Below the pieces are notes generated by a model. It saw nothing but the letters and a program-made list of their open reading frames with translations. It was not told the origin of the DNA and ran no database searches. The translations under genes and the position numbers were made by a program. Below, in pieces: positions 19,194-27,601 of a stretch of DNA of 64,000 nt. Source of the DNA: a virus; the IMG/VR virus record IMGVR_UViG_3300021373_002523, positions 87,784 through 151,783 of that record; one strand, given 5' to 3'. How positions within the stretch are numbered: position 1 is the stretch's first letter; each line of letters opens with the position of its first letter.

Positions 19194-20448
19194 TGATTTC
19201 AGTTTTAGTTGTTACTCTTTTGTAAGCTTCCCATATCTTATTATCTACATGTTCTCCAGTATAATAAGAATCTTTTAAATACTTTTCTTGTAAATTATAG
19301 AAAAGCTTTTTATAATGTTCAGGATTATCATTTAAAAATTGTACTTTCTTTTTTAAATCCTCTGGTGATTTACATCTGATGAAGTGACCTTCAGGGAAGA
19401 CATTAAAGTCGGTATCATAAGATGGATGCAAGAATGGTATAATACCATAGTGCAACATTTCTGCATACTTAGAGGTTACCATTCCTTCTTTAATAGGTAC
19501 ACAGAATGTATATTTAGTTGCAAGCAGTTCATCAGTCATTGTCTCAATTCTCTTTTCTCCTTTAAACCATTTAGGATATTCTTTCTTTAGGTCATCATCC
19601 CACTTACCATAAATATCAGTTTCAATATCATTCTTTACAATATAATCTCTTACAGGATCCCAGCGGTCCATTCCACCTGAACCCTTTCCTTGGTTTTGTA
19701 ACATCATAAATGAATTAGTCTTTTTCATTTCAAATAATTCATCAGTGTCATATCTCTTTTTATCTAAAAGGAATACAGTTTCAATTCCTGAATATTCATA
19801 AGTAGATTCAATTGTATCAATATCTCTTAAAGGTGGATTACAAAAGAACTCTTCCGTTTTTGTAAATGTATTTTGTGCTAAGTAATATGTTGGCCTATTA
19901 TTATCATTCCAATCTTTACATGCTAAAATGTATCGGTTATCAACAAGTAAACCAACAATAGGTACTTTCTTTTCCAATTCATTCATTGCTTTAATTATAG
20001 GAGCTGCATAGTACTTAAAAAAGTCTAAAGATTTAACTCTCCCGGTTCCATCTACTTTGTTAATATAATCTGGTATGTTAACTGTACTTGATGGCCCGGT
20101 ATAGAAAAAGATAAAATCTAAATCTAAATCTTTTATAATTTGAGCAGCTTCATCAGCTGATTTCCTATCAGTCATTGTAGAGTGGAATTCTTTTACATTT
20201 GATGGTGCAGCAGATTCTGTTTCAACCGGAGGACCGAATAAAGATTGAACTGCTGGTTTTTCTTTTGCTCTAACTCTACCTAAATCATTTGGGCTTAATA
20301 GCCAATATTCAATATTAGGATTTCTTTTTGCAATTGAATTAATTAATTGCTTAGGTTCACAATCTCCACCTATTGCTCCCCAACTGTTTTCATTAAACTT
20401 AATCGCTTTACCAAGTTTAAAGAAACCTACTTTTTTTACATTTTCCAT
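19186..20448 (-). CDS. GT-B glycosyltransferase, probably DNA-base modifying (phage BGT-like clade)
   Basis: N-terminal KVGFFKLGKAIKF...WGAIGGDCEP; C-terminal DIYGKW...KYTFCVP...VTSKYAEMLHYGIIPFLHPSYD resembles the BGT-like TxR/K-x-E block. Confidence 0.65.
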   Translation of the reverse strand: MENVKKVGFFKLGKAIKFNENSWGAIGGDCEPKQLINSIAKRNPNIEYWLLSPNDLGRVRAKEKPAVQSLFGPPVETESAAPSNVKEFHSTMTDRKSADEAAQIIKDLDLDFIFFYTGPSSTVNIPDYINKVDGTGRVKSLDFFKYYAAPIIKAMNELEKKVPIVGLLVDNRYILACKDWNDNNRPTYYLAQNTFTKTEEFFCNPPLRDIDTIESTYEYSGIETVFLLDKKRYDTDELFEMKKTNSFMMLQNQGKGSGGMDRWDPVRDYIVKNDIETDIYGKWDDDLKKEYPKWFKGEKRIETMTDELLATKYTFCVPIKEGMVTSKYAEMLHYGIIPFLHPSYDTDFNVFPEGHFIRCKSPEDLKKKVQFLNDNPEHYKKLFYNLQEKYLKDSYYTGEHVDNKIWEAYKRVTTKTEINV

Positions 20449-20449
20449 T

Positions 20450-21154
20450 TTAACAATTTTGAATTAAATCTTCTATTACTTCTTTATCATTTTCATATGT
20501 TAAATCATACCAACATATGTTCAGTTCTTCGAACTTTAAATTATCCATTGAGTTTATTAGATGGGTAATTTCATATTCATTTCTATTTGACATTTTAATA
20601 CTATCAAGATTATCAAATGCTTCTTTAGAAAATATCATATAACCACAGAAATATCTACCTGAAACAATGCCGTGAGGTTTCTCAATGACAACATTTTCTA
20701 ATATAGATGCAAGCTGTAAATTTCTTGCTCTTGTATCATAATCTTTATAAGTAACAACAGTTGTACTTGGATCATGATATTCTAATCCTATATTTCCTTG
20801 ATAATAATTATCTCCAAACAGACATAAGAAACCTTCATTAAATTTACCTGCCCAAACTTTTATGGCAGCACCTGGGCCATATTCATCATCCTTTTGAAAT
20901 TCATAAAATATATTGATATCTTTTTTATACTTATTAAGTTTTTCAATAATAGGATGAGATAGTTTTACACTATCTTTAAAAAAGAAGTCAGCTTTACTGA
21001 TTGTTACATAACAATCTTCTATTCCATTTTCAATACAAAATTCAATACAGTACTCTACAGTTGACTTACCTAAAATAGGATCAACTAATTTATTTTTACC
21101 GTACCTAGTGGAACGGCCTGCTGCTAATATAATTGCTTTACTTATTCTTTTCAT
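20450..21154 (-). CDS. Sugar-1-phosphate nucleotidyltransferase (RmlA/HddC-like)
   Basis: AIILAAGRSTR, LFGDN, IEKP, SNRNEYEIT (RmlA RGELEIT-like). Confidence 0.88.
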   Translation of the reverse strand: MKRISKAIILAAGRSTRYGKNKLVDPILGKSTVEYCIEFCIENGIEDCYVTISKADFFFKDSVKLSHPIIEKLNKYKKDINIFYEFQKDDEYGPGAAIKVWAGKFNEGFLCLFGDNYYQGNIGLEYHDPSTTVVTYKDYDTRARNLQLASILENVVIEKPHGIVSGRYFCGYMIFSKEAFDNLDSIKMSNRNEYEITHLINSMDNLKFEELNICWYDLTYENDKEVIEDLIQNC

Positions 21155-21897
21155 TTAGTATATTTTATTTCTAATTCATCAAACAGCTCATGGCCTTTTT
21201 TAAGGAATGAACCTGCTAATTCATATCTTTCATTTAATTCAAAGAAAGGTACTGCTCCTAATAAGTGAACAGCTAAAAAGAATTTAAGTTGATATTCATC
21301 ACACCATTCATACATTACTTTTTCTGCTTCTTTACAAAACTTACTGTACTTTTCATTTGGATTATTGTATATATGGGACTCATATTCCATGACAAATGAT
21401 TGCATAAGTTTTCCATAATCATAATAGTTCTGTTCTTCAGTTCCTCTTGGATCAATAAATAGAAAATCTTTATCATGTAAAATGTTACTTACTGTTAAAT
21501 CACCATGAACAAATCCCCAAGCAGATACTGCATCAAATTTACCTTCATAAGTATAACCTGTTCTTAATTGAAGTTTATCAAAATAATCTTGAGTTTTTAC
21601 ATCAGATCCTATATTATCAAATTTACCTATAATTGAAATTAAAGATTCTAATTGGCCTAATGAAGTATTCATAGGTTGTGATAAAATTTTATCATACCAA
21701 GTAGAATATCTTTTCATTTCATAACTTGTTTCTGATAGAGGCTTGACATCAATAAAATTAGGATGATCACAGCACATAAGAAAATCCATTTGCTGTTTAA
21801 ATTTTTCTGGATAATGCCCAGCCTCTTTAATTACTTTATTACCTTGGAGAAAAACTTTATCTCCGCTATTCCCTACTAAAATTTTACTATTATGCAT
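21151..21897 (-). CDS. APH/choline-kinase-fold phosphotransferase (probable sugar kinase)
   Basis: GNSG glycine loop, HGDLTVSNI catalytic loop, FIDPRG, YDYGKLMQS. Confidence 0.8.
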   Translation of the reverse strand: MHNSKILVGNSGDKVFLQGNKVIKEAGHYPEKFKQQMDFLMCCDHPNFIDVKPLSETSYEMKRYSTWYDKILSQPMNTSLGQLESLISIIGKFDNIGSDVKTQDYFDKLQLRTGYTYEGKFDAVSAWGFVHGDLTVSNILHDKDFLFIDPRGTEEQNYYDYGKLMQSFVMEYESHIYNNPNEKYSKFCKEAEKVMYEWCDEYQLKFFLAVHLLGAVPFFELNERYELAGSFLKKGHELFDELEIKYTK

Positions 21898-22427
21898 TTT
21901 ATTCCTAGTTTACGTGCAAAGGTTGAATCCACATCAGAATCTCCAACCATTAAGAAGTCTTCTTTATTATATTGCGGAAATTTTTCCATTATTAAATTTC
22001 CCATATCTGGTGATGGTTTCTTATTTGGTACATCTTCTCTTGTATATATGTAGTCAAATAAATTAGGATCTATTTGATGGTAACTCATAATTCTATCAAC
22101 ATTTTCTCGCGATGAATTAGATGCTACAACTAAATTTTTAAATACTTTACTTTTACACATATACAAAAGTAATTCATTTACCTTTGTTTTATGTAGGTTT
22201 TTAGAAAATATTTCTTTTTTATATTTTTGGGCTAATTTAGATTCTTTATTAGTTAATTGATATTTTTCTAATAAAACATCCATACCATAATTAATATCTG
22301 CCATAATAGCAGAAAGTGGTATTTCTATGTTTAAGACTTTCTCTAATGCCTTTCTCCATGAATCAGCATGAATCTCAATAGTTTTAACTAAAGTATCATC
22401 AAAGTCTAACATTAAACATTTTTCCAT
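21876..22427 (-). CDS. HAD-superfamily phosphatase (beta-PGM/Gph-like)
   Basis: LDFDDTLV, ASNS, KPSPD, MVGDSDVD. Confidence 0.9.
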   Translation of the reverse strand: MEKCLMLDFDDTLVKTIEIHADSWRKALEKVLNIEIPLSAIMADINYGMDVLLEKYQLTNKESKLAQKYKKEIFSKNLHKTKVNELLLYMCKSKVFKNLVVASNSSRENVDRIMSYHQIDPNLFDYIYTREDVPNKKPSPDMGNLIMEKFPQYNKEDFLMVGDSDVDSTFARKLGIKCIIVKF

Positions 22428-22445
22428 ATAAATCCTAATTTATTA

Positions 22446-22471
22446 TTATATGGCAAAATAAATAAATGTTT
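22446..22471 (-). promoter_or_regulatory. Putative middle promoter (AAAC-N16-ATATAA) heading the six-gene modification operon
   Basis: Copy of the recurrent motif. Confidence 0.62.
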
Positions 22472-22498
22472 TAAGAGTGCTAGAGATATTTTTAAGAC

Positions 22499-22530
22499 AA
22501 AAAAAGACCGCCTAGATGGCAGTCTCTTTT
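22499..22530 (-). terminator. Rho-independent terminator after the Hc1-like gene
   Basis: Minus strand GACTGCC-ATCTA-GGCGGTC-TTTTTTT. Confidence 0.78.
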
Positions 22531-22549
22531 CAGGTAATTGGAGTGGTTA

Positions 22550-22726
22550 TTATAAACTGTTTTTAGTTTCTTGTACATGTACTCTTACTTCTTGTGCTAA
22601 GTTTTTAACTTCTTGCATAGTTTTACGAATTCTTACGGCTGCTGCCTTATTTCCTTTTACATAAAACTTATCTATGTCTTCAGTACACGCTTCGATTAAC
22701 GCTTTAATTTCTTCAAATTTTTCCAT
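22550..22726 (-). CDS. Histone H1-like (Hc1-family) small DNA-binding protein
   Basis: Not in the ORF track. 58 aa: MEKFEEIKALIEACTEDIDKFYVKGNKAAAVRIRKTMQEVKNLAQEVRVHVQETKNSL; the KF..KGNKAAA.R.RK motif is typical of Hc1. Has its own late-type box and terminator. Confidence 0.85.
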   Translation of the reverse strand: MEKFEEIKALIEACTEDIDKFYVKGNKAAAVRIRKTMQEVKNLAQEVRVHVQETKNSL

Positions 22727-22764
22727 AATAATTATTTTTAGTTATTTAATCTATATATTCATCA

Positions 22765-23673
22765 CTAGAACTTGCCTTCACGGTTTCTGTAAAAACTTGT
22801 TACTTTAGGAATGTACATATAATTTTTTCCTTTGTCCTTGACATTCATCATGACTCTTTTAAACATATCCCAATCGGCTGGTAATATACCACCTGAATTA
22901 GATGGTGCACCTTTTAGCTTAGGGGCTGTGTTTCTCTGTTGATCTGGATTTCTATATCTTAATTTACCTATTATACTAGGTCTCCAAGATACAGCAGAAT
23001 GAGAAGTATCATTTGCACCATACCCTTTATTATTTAAATCCATATCATATTCTTTTTGTGGTTGCATAAATACCTTCTTTGAAGTATTGAATGCAGTTAC
23101 TTTCTTTTTACTTCTAGTAAAAACAAAACCTAAATCTGGAAATTGAGAATATGCTTTAGCAATAGTCTCTAAATGATTAGGAGCCCATTTATCATCATGG
23201 TCTAATCTAATGATATAATCACAACCATCTTTTTCCGCCATGTTTAATGAATCATTTAATGCAGCACAGCCTGCAGTAAATCTTATTTGTTTAGTAGTCC
23301 ACTTTTTGTTATTTCTTTCACCTGGTGTAGTTCTATTCTTATATTGAATTTGAGCATCAGGAATAATATCTTTAATTACTTTTTTAATTTCATTTTCATC
23401 ACCTTCATATTTGTCAGCGGTCAAATAAATTTTCCAGTTTTTATATTTTTGATTCTTAATAGAATTCAAAGCATCAGCTAAAACCCCAGGAGTAGTCATA
23501 TGTTTTGCTCTTTGCTTATTTGCAGCTCCAGCACTCATATCATGAGTGGCCATGACTATACCGAATTTAATATCATTGTCTATTTTGGAACTTAAATTCT
23601 TTTCTAAAAGAATCTGAAAATTTTCTTCTTCTAAATAAGACTCTAATAATTTAAAATCTTCAAAGGTTATCAT
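22765..23673 (-). CDS. Glycosyltransferase family 2 (GT-A) with an N-terminal capsid-targeting-like leader
   Basis: FGIVMAT...LNSIKNQKYKNWKI...ALNDSL...RLDHDDKW (DxD)...ADWDMFKR. The leader is MITFEDFKLLE. Confidence 0.82.
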   Translation of the reverse strand: MITFEDFKLLESYLEEENFQILLEKNLSSKIDNDIKFGIVMATHDMSAGAANKQRAKHMTTPGVLADALNSIKNQKYKNWKIYLTADKYEGDENEIKKVIKDIIPDAQIQYKNRTTPGERNNKKWTTKQIRFTAGCAALNDSLNMAEKDGCDYIIRLDHDDKWAPNHLETIAKAYSQFPDLGFVFTRSKKKVTAFNTSKKVFMQPQKEYDMDLNNKGYGANDTSHSAVSWRPSIIGKLRYRNPDQQRNTAPKLKGAPSNSGGILPADWDMFKRVMMNVKDKGKNYMYIPKVTSFYRNREGKF

Positions 23674-24785
23674 TTGTTAAAAAATGTTTTTATAGACTTT
23701 ATAATTCTTTCCATATCTTCATCAGTAAGATCAGAACCAGAAGGTAAACAAATACCTTGTAAGAATAATAAAGAACTGTTTCCATTTATATATTTTTTAT
23801 AACCTTGCATAACTGGTTGTTCATGCATTGGCTTCCATATTCTCCTAGCTTCAATATTATCTTTTTCCAAATGAGCAATTAAATCTTCTGGTTTATATTC
23901 ACCTTTCATTATAGCACAGGTTAACCACATATTAGATCTGTCTGTTTCTAACTCTTCCTGAAAACCAAAAAATAAATCACCTAATTCTTTTCTGTAAATC
24001 TGATTAATTTCTCTTGTTCTTTTTATTCTTTCTTCTATAACTTCCATCTGAGCAACTCCGATAGCAGCAAGAACATTACTCATTCTATAATTATATCCTA
24101 TATCAGTATGATGGTAGTATGGCCTGTTATCTTTTGCTTGTGTCGATAAAAATCTCATATAATCAGCTTTCTTTTTATCGTCAGTTACAATTACCCCACC
24201 ACCTGATGTAGATAATAATTTATTTCCATTAAAAGAATAAACACCAATATCGCCAAAGGTTCCTGTGTGCTTATCTTTAAAAGTAGAGCCGAGACTTTCG
24301 GCGGCATCTTCAATAATAGGTATGTCATATTCATCTGATAATTTTTTAATTGCTTCCATGTTACAAGGTACACCGAAAATATGTACAGGAATAATAGCCT
24401 TTGGTTTTTTACCTAAAGCTGTTGAATTGAGTATAGCAGATTCTAATAAAGTTAAATCCATATTCCAACTACCTTCTTCTGAATCTATAAAAATAGGTTC
24501 GGCACCACAATAAATTATAGGATTTGCTGTAGCTGCAAAAGTTAAAGAAGAACATATAACATAGTCATCTTTTTCTACGCCTAATGCCCTAAGAGCTAAA
24601 TGTATACCTGCAGTACAAGAAGTAACTGCTACTGCATACTTCGCTCCAGTATATTCTTTTACAATTTCTTCGAATTTATTAAGATGAGGTCCAATTGGAG
24701 CTATCCAATTATCTTTAAATACATCTTTAATATATTCTAATTCTTTGCCTGACATATGAGGCGGTGATAAGTAAATCTTTTTCAT
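23670..24785 (-). CDS. DegT/DnrJ/EryC1/StrS PLP aminotransferase (PglE-like)
   Basis: IYLSPPHM, IEDAAESLGS, SFNGNKLLSTSGGG, GYNYRMSNVLAAIG, WKPMH, LPSG. Confidence 0.93.
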   Translation of the reverse strand: MKKIYLSPPHMSGKELEYIKDVFKDNWIAPIGPHLNKFEEIVKEYTGAKYAVAVTSCTAGIHLALRALGVEKDDYVICSSLTFAATANPIIYCGAEPIFIDSEEGSWNMDLTLLESAILNSTALGKKPKAIIPVHIFGVPCNMEAIKKLSDEYDIPIIEDAAESLGSTFKDKHTGTFGDIGVYSFNGNKLLSTSGGGVIVTDDKKKADYMRFLSTQAKDNRPYYHHTDIGYNYRMSNVLAAIGVAQMEVIEERIKRTREINQIYRKELGDLFFGFQEELETDRSNMWLTCAIMKGEYKPEDLIAHLEKDNIEARRIWKPMHEQPVMQGYKKYINGNSSLLFLQGICLPSGSDLTDEDMERIIKSIKTFFNK

Positions 24786-24786
24786 A

Positions 24787-25332
24787 TTATTTTATTTTAG
24801 CCGGATTACCATAAGCCGTAATGTTATCAGGCATATTTTTTGTTACTACTGAACCTGCACCTATCATACAGTTTTTTCCAATTTTTATGTAAGGCAAAAT
24901 TACTGCGCCTGCACCAATAAAAGTACCTTCTCCAATTTCAACACCACCACATAAAGTTGCATTAGGGCCGACGAAGGAAAAGTCTCCTAACTTACAATCA
25001 TGATCAATTGATGCTGAGGTATTAATTATACAATGCTTTCCTATCTTAGTACCAACCTGTACTACTGCTCTGTGTAAAATTTGAGTACCTTCCCCAATAT
25101 CACTATCATAAACTAAAGCTGATTCTGCTATAACAATAGCATAACAACCTTCACCTAATTTATTGGCTATTGTTTTTCTTGCTTGATTATTTCCAATGGC
25201 AATAACCCAGCTCCCTCTTGCACTTTTATCGTAATCCTCATCATTCCAAAATTTTATCTGTTTAGGATGTCTATTCCATAAAACAGAATTAACTACTCTT
25301 GCATGGCCACCTTTACCGTAAATGTTAATCAT
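24787..25332 (-). CDS. Hexapeptide-repeat sugar N-acetyltransferase (PglD/NeuD-like)
   Basis: IYGKGGHA, IAIGNN..R, INTSASIDHDC, GAGSVV, GNPAK. The start is probably MINIYG at 25332, overlapping the upstream stop. Confidence 0.9.
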   Translation of the reverse strand: MINIYGKGGHARVVNSVLWNRHPKQIKFWNDEDYDKSARGSWVIAIGNNQARKTIANKLGEGCYAIVIAESALVYDSDIGEGTQILHRAVVQVGTKIGKHCIINTSASIDHDCKLGDFSFVGPNATLCGGVEIGEGTFIGAGAVILPYIKIGKNCMIGAGSVVTKNMPDNITAYGNPAKIK

Positions 25333-26380
25333 TGCTTTCTCTTTTAAATTCTGGAACAATACTTTTCATCAATAGAAGTATTTTGTAAAAATCATTAGAT
25401 CTTATTTTTGATAATTTTTCTATTTTAGGTATTAAAGTTTTAAAATCATAATCTTCATGATTTAACTTCATAATATTATGATCATCAGTAGGTATCATAT
25501 TTTCACCATTACATAATAGCTCTTCATATAATTTTTCACCTGGTCTTAGTCCTATGTATTTAATTTTAGCATCACTATTAAAATACTTAATTAAATTTTT
25601 GGCTAAATCAGTAATACTAACAGGCTCGCCCATATCAAACAAAAACACTTCTCCACCTTTACCTAGTACACCTGCCTGTAATACTAATTGACATGCTTCA
25701 GGTATAGTCATAAAGTATCTAATTACCTCTCTGTGAGTAACGCTCACAGGTCCTCCTCTTTCAATTTGTTTTATAAATGTTGGAATTACTGAACCTTCAG
25801 ATCCTAATACATTACCAAATCTTGTAACTATAAAATTTGTGGCAGATTTTGTTTCTAAAAATTGTGTATATAATTCTGCAATTCTTTTTGTAGCTCCCAT
25901 TATGTTAGTAGGATTAACTGCTTTATCTGTAGAAACCATTACAAATTTTTCAACTTCATTCATATAAGCCGTGTTAGAAACGTTCATGGTTCCTAATACA
26001 TTAGTTTTAATTGCTTCTATAGGATTAGCCTCCATCATTGGTACATGTTTATATGCAGCAGCATGAAAAACAATATTTGGTTTAAAAGAATCAAAAACTT
26101 CTTCTAACCTATACTTATCTCTTACATCACCTATTACATATTTAATATGAGAGTTTGGAAATGATCTACTTATTTCTTGTTCTAAATGAAACATTGAAGC
26201 TTCTGCATTATCAAAGACTGTAACTGAAGATGCACCAAATTTTACAAGCTGCCGTACAATTTCACTACCAATCGAGCCGGCTCCACCAGTAACTAAAATT
26301 CTTTTTCCTTTTATGTATTCTTGGATTTTATTAAGATCAGTAGAAATAGGATCTCTTCCAAGTAATTTATTATAATCCAA
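25325..26380 (-). CDS. UDP-GlcNAc 4,6-dehydratase (PglF/CapD catalytic domain, soluble)
   Basis: LLGRDP, VTGGAGSIGSE, HAAAYKHVP, STDKAVNPTNIMGATK, RFGNVLGSEGSVIP, RYFMTIPEA, GLRPGEKLYEEL. Confidence 0.95.
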   Translation of the reverse strand: MDYNKLLGRDPISTDLNKIQEYIKGKRILVTGGAGSIGSEIVRQLVKFGASSVTVFDNAEASMFHLEQEISRSFPNSHIKYVIGDVRDKYRLEEVFDSFKPNIVFHAAAYKHVPMMEANPIEAIKTNVLGTMNVSNTAYMNEVEKFVMVSTDKAVNPTNIMGATKRIAELYTQFLETKSATNFIVTRFGNVLGSEGSVIPTFIKQIERGGPVSVTHREVIRYFMTIPEACQLVLQAGVLGKGGEVFLFDMGEPVSITDLAKNLIKYFNSDAKIKYIGLRPGEKLYEELLCNGENMIPTDDHNIMKLNHEDYDFKTLIPKIEKLSKIRSNDFYKILLLMKSIVPEFKRESND

Positions 26381-26858
26381 AATCCTTAAACTTTAAAATA
26401 TTATCTTTCTTTTCCAACAAACCTTTCCCAACTAAATTATTAATTACAACTTGCTGCGACTTCATAACTCTTTTCATTGCTTCATCATAATCTAAAAATC
26501 CTGCCCAGTCAACTTCTTCTGTTTGTAATTGCCTTTTAGGTATTACTAAATCCTTCAATCCTATTTGAGAAAGATCAGATATTTGAGCAATATAATAATA
26601 AACAATTTTAGTGTATTTGTACTTTCTGGTTGTTAGTACAAATGTATGCTTATCATTTTTATTAATTAGATTTTTAGGAACCTTTATACCGACTTCTTCT
26701 TTGGTTTCTCTCAATGCAGCTTCAAAATGCGTTTCACCTTTTTCAATTCCACCTTTAGGGATTCCATAAGAACCATACCAGCCTCTATTGGTAGTATGAG
26801 CTAATAAAATTTTATTGTCATATATGATTGCTAATCCAGCTGAAAATTTTGTTTTCAT
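26370..26858 (-). CDS. NUDIX hydrolase
   Basis: Nudix box PKGGIEKGETHFEAALRETKEEVGI. Confidence 0.9.
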   Translation of the reverse strand: MKTKFSAGLAIIYDNKILLAHTTNRGWYGSYGIPKGGIEKGETHFEAALRETKEEVGIKVPKNLINKNDKHTFVLTTRKYKYTKIVYYYIAQISDLSQIGLKDLVIPKRQLQTEEVDWAGFLDYDEAMKRVMKSQQVVINNLVGKGLLEKKDNILKFKDFGL

Positions 26859-27601
26859 ATATTATTTATTTGAGACACTAACCAGTCTAATTCTACCTGG
26901 CTACCTGAGTCTGAAATAGCATTATCAGGATCTGGGTGAGTTTCAATAAATACTCCATCATATTCAAAAATCTTAGCTGCTTTAGCATATTGCTTTGCTA
27001 ATTTACGACTCCCTCCGGTTATACCATCTCCAGCCATTTGAGTAGAATGAGTACAGTCTAAAATAACTTTATCTGCAAACTTTTTCATTACATCAACTCC
27101 TCTAAAATCTACAATAAGCCTATCATAACCAAATTGTGATCCTCTTTCAGTTACCCATACTTCACAGTTAGGATCCACTTCTTTTATTTTTGTAACAGCA
27201 TGCACCATAGCCTCAGCCGATAACCATTGTCCTTTTTTAATATTAATCACATTAAAGTTTTTTGCGCATTCAACTAGAAGATCAGTTTGCCTACATAAGA
27301 AGGCTGGTATCTGAATAACATCCACTACCTCAGATAGCGGTAATGCCTGAGAAGGTTCATGAATATCAGTTATGATTTTAATATGAGGATAGAAATGTTT
27401 AACTGTTCTCATGATCTCCATCCCTTCTTTTAAACCGGGACCTCTATCAGAATGTATAGAAGTTCTATTTGCCTTATCAAAAGATCCTTTTAAATACCAA
27501 TCCTTTGTTCCCATCCAACCGTCTAAGGTTTTAGCAACCTCTAAAAAATTTTCCTCATTCTCAATACTACAAGGACCTAATATGTAAGTATATTTTTCCA
27601 T
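26855..27601 (-). CDS. kdsA: KDO 8-phosphate synthase (metal-dependent type)
   Basis: GPCSIE, KGSFDKANRTS, TDIHE, QIPAFLCRQTDL, NIKKGQ, ERG, DCTHS, ETHPDP...SD. Confidence 0.93.
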   Translation of the reverse strand: MEKYTYILGPCSIENEENFLEVAKTLDGWMGTKDWYLKGSFDKANRTSIHSDRGPGLKEGMEIMRTVKHFYPHIKIITDIHEPSQALPLSEVVDVIQIPAFLCRQTDLLVECAKNFNVINIKKGQWLSAEAMVHAVTKIKEVDPNCEVWVTERGSQFGYDRLIVDFRGVDVMKKFADKVILDCTHSTQMAGDGITGGSRKLAKQYAKAAKIFEYDGVFIETHPDPDNAISDSGSQVELDWLVSQINNI

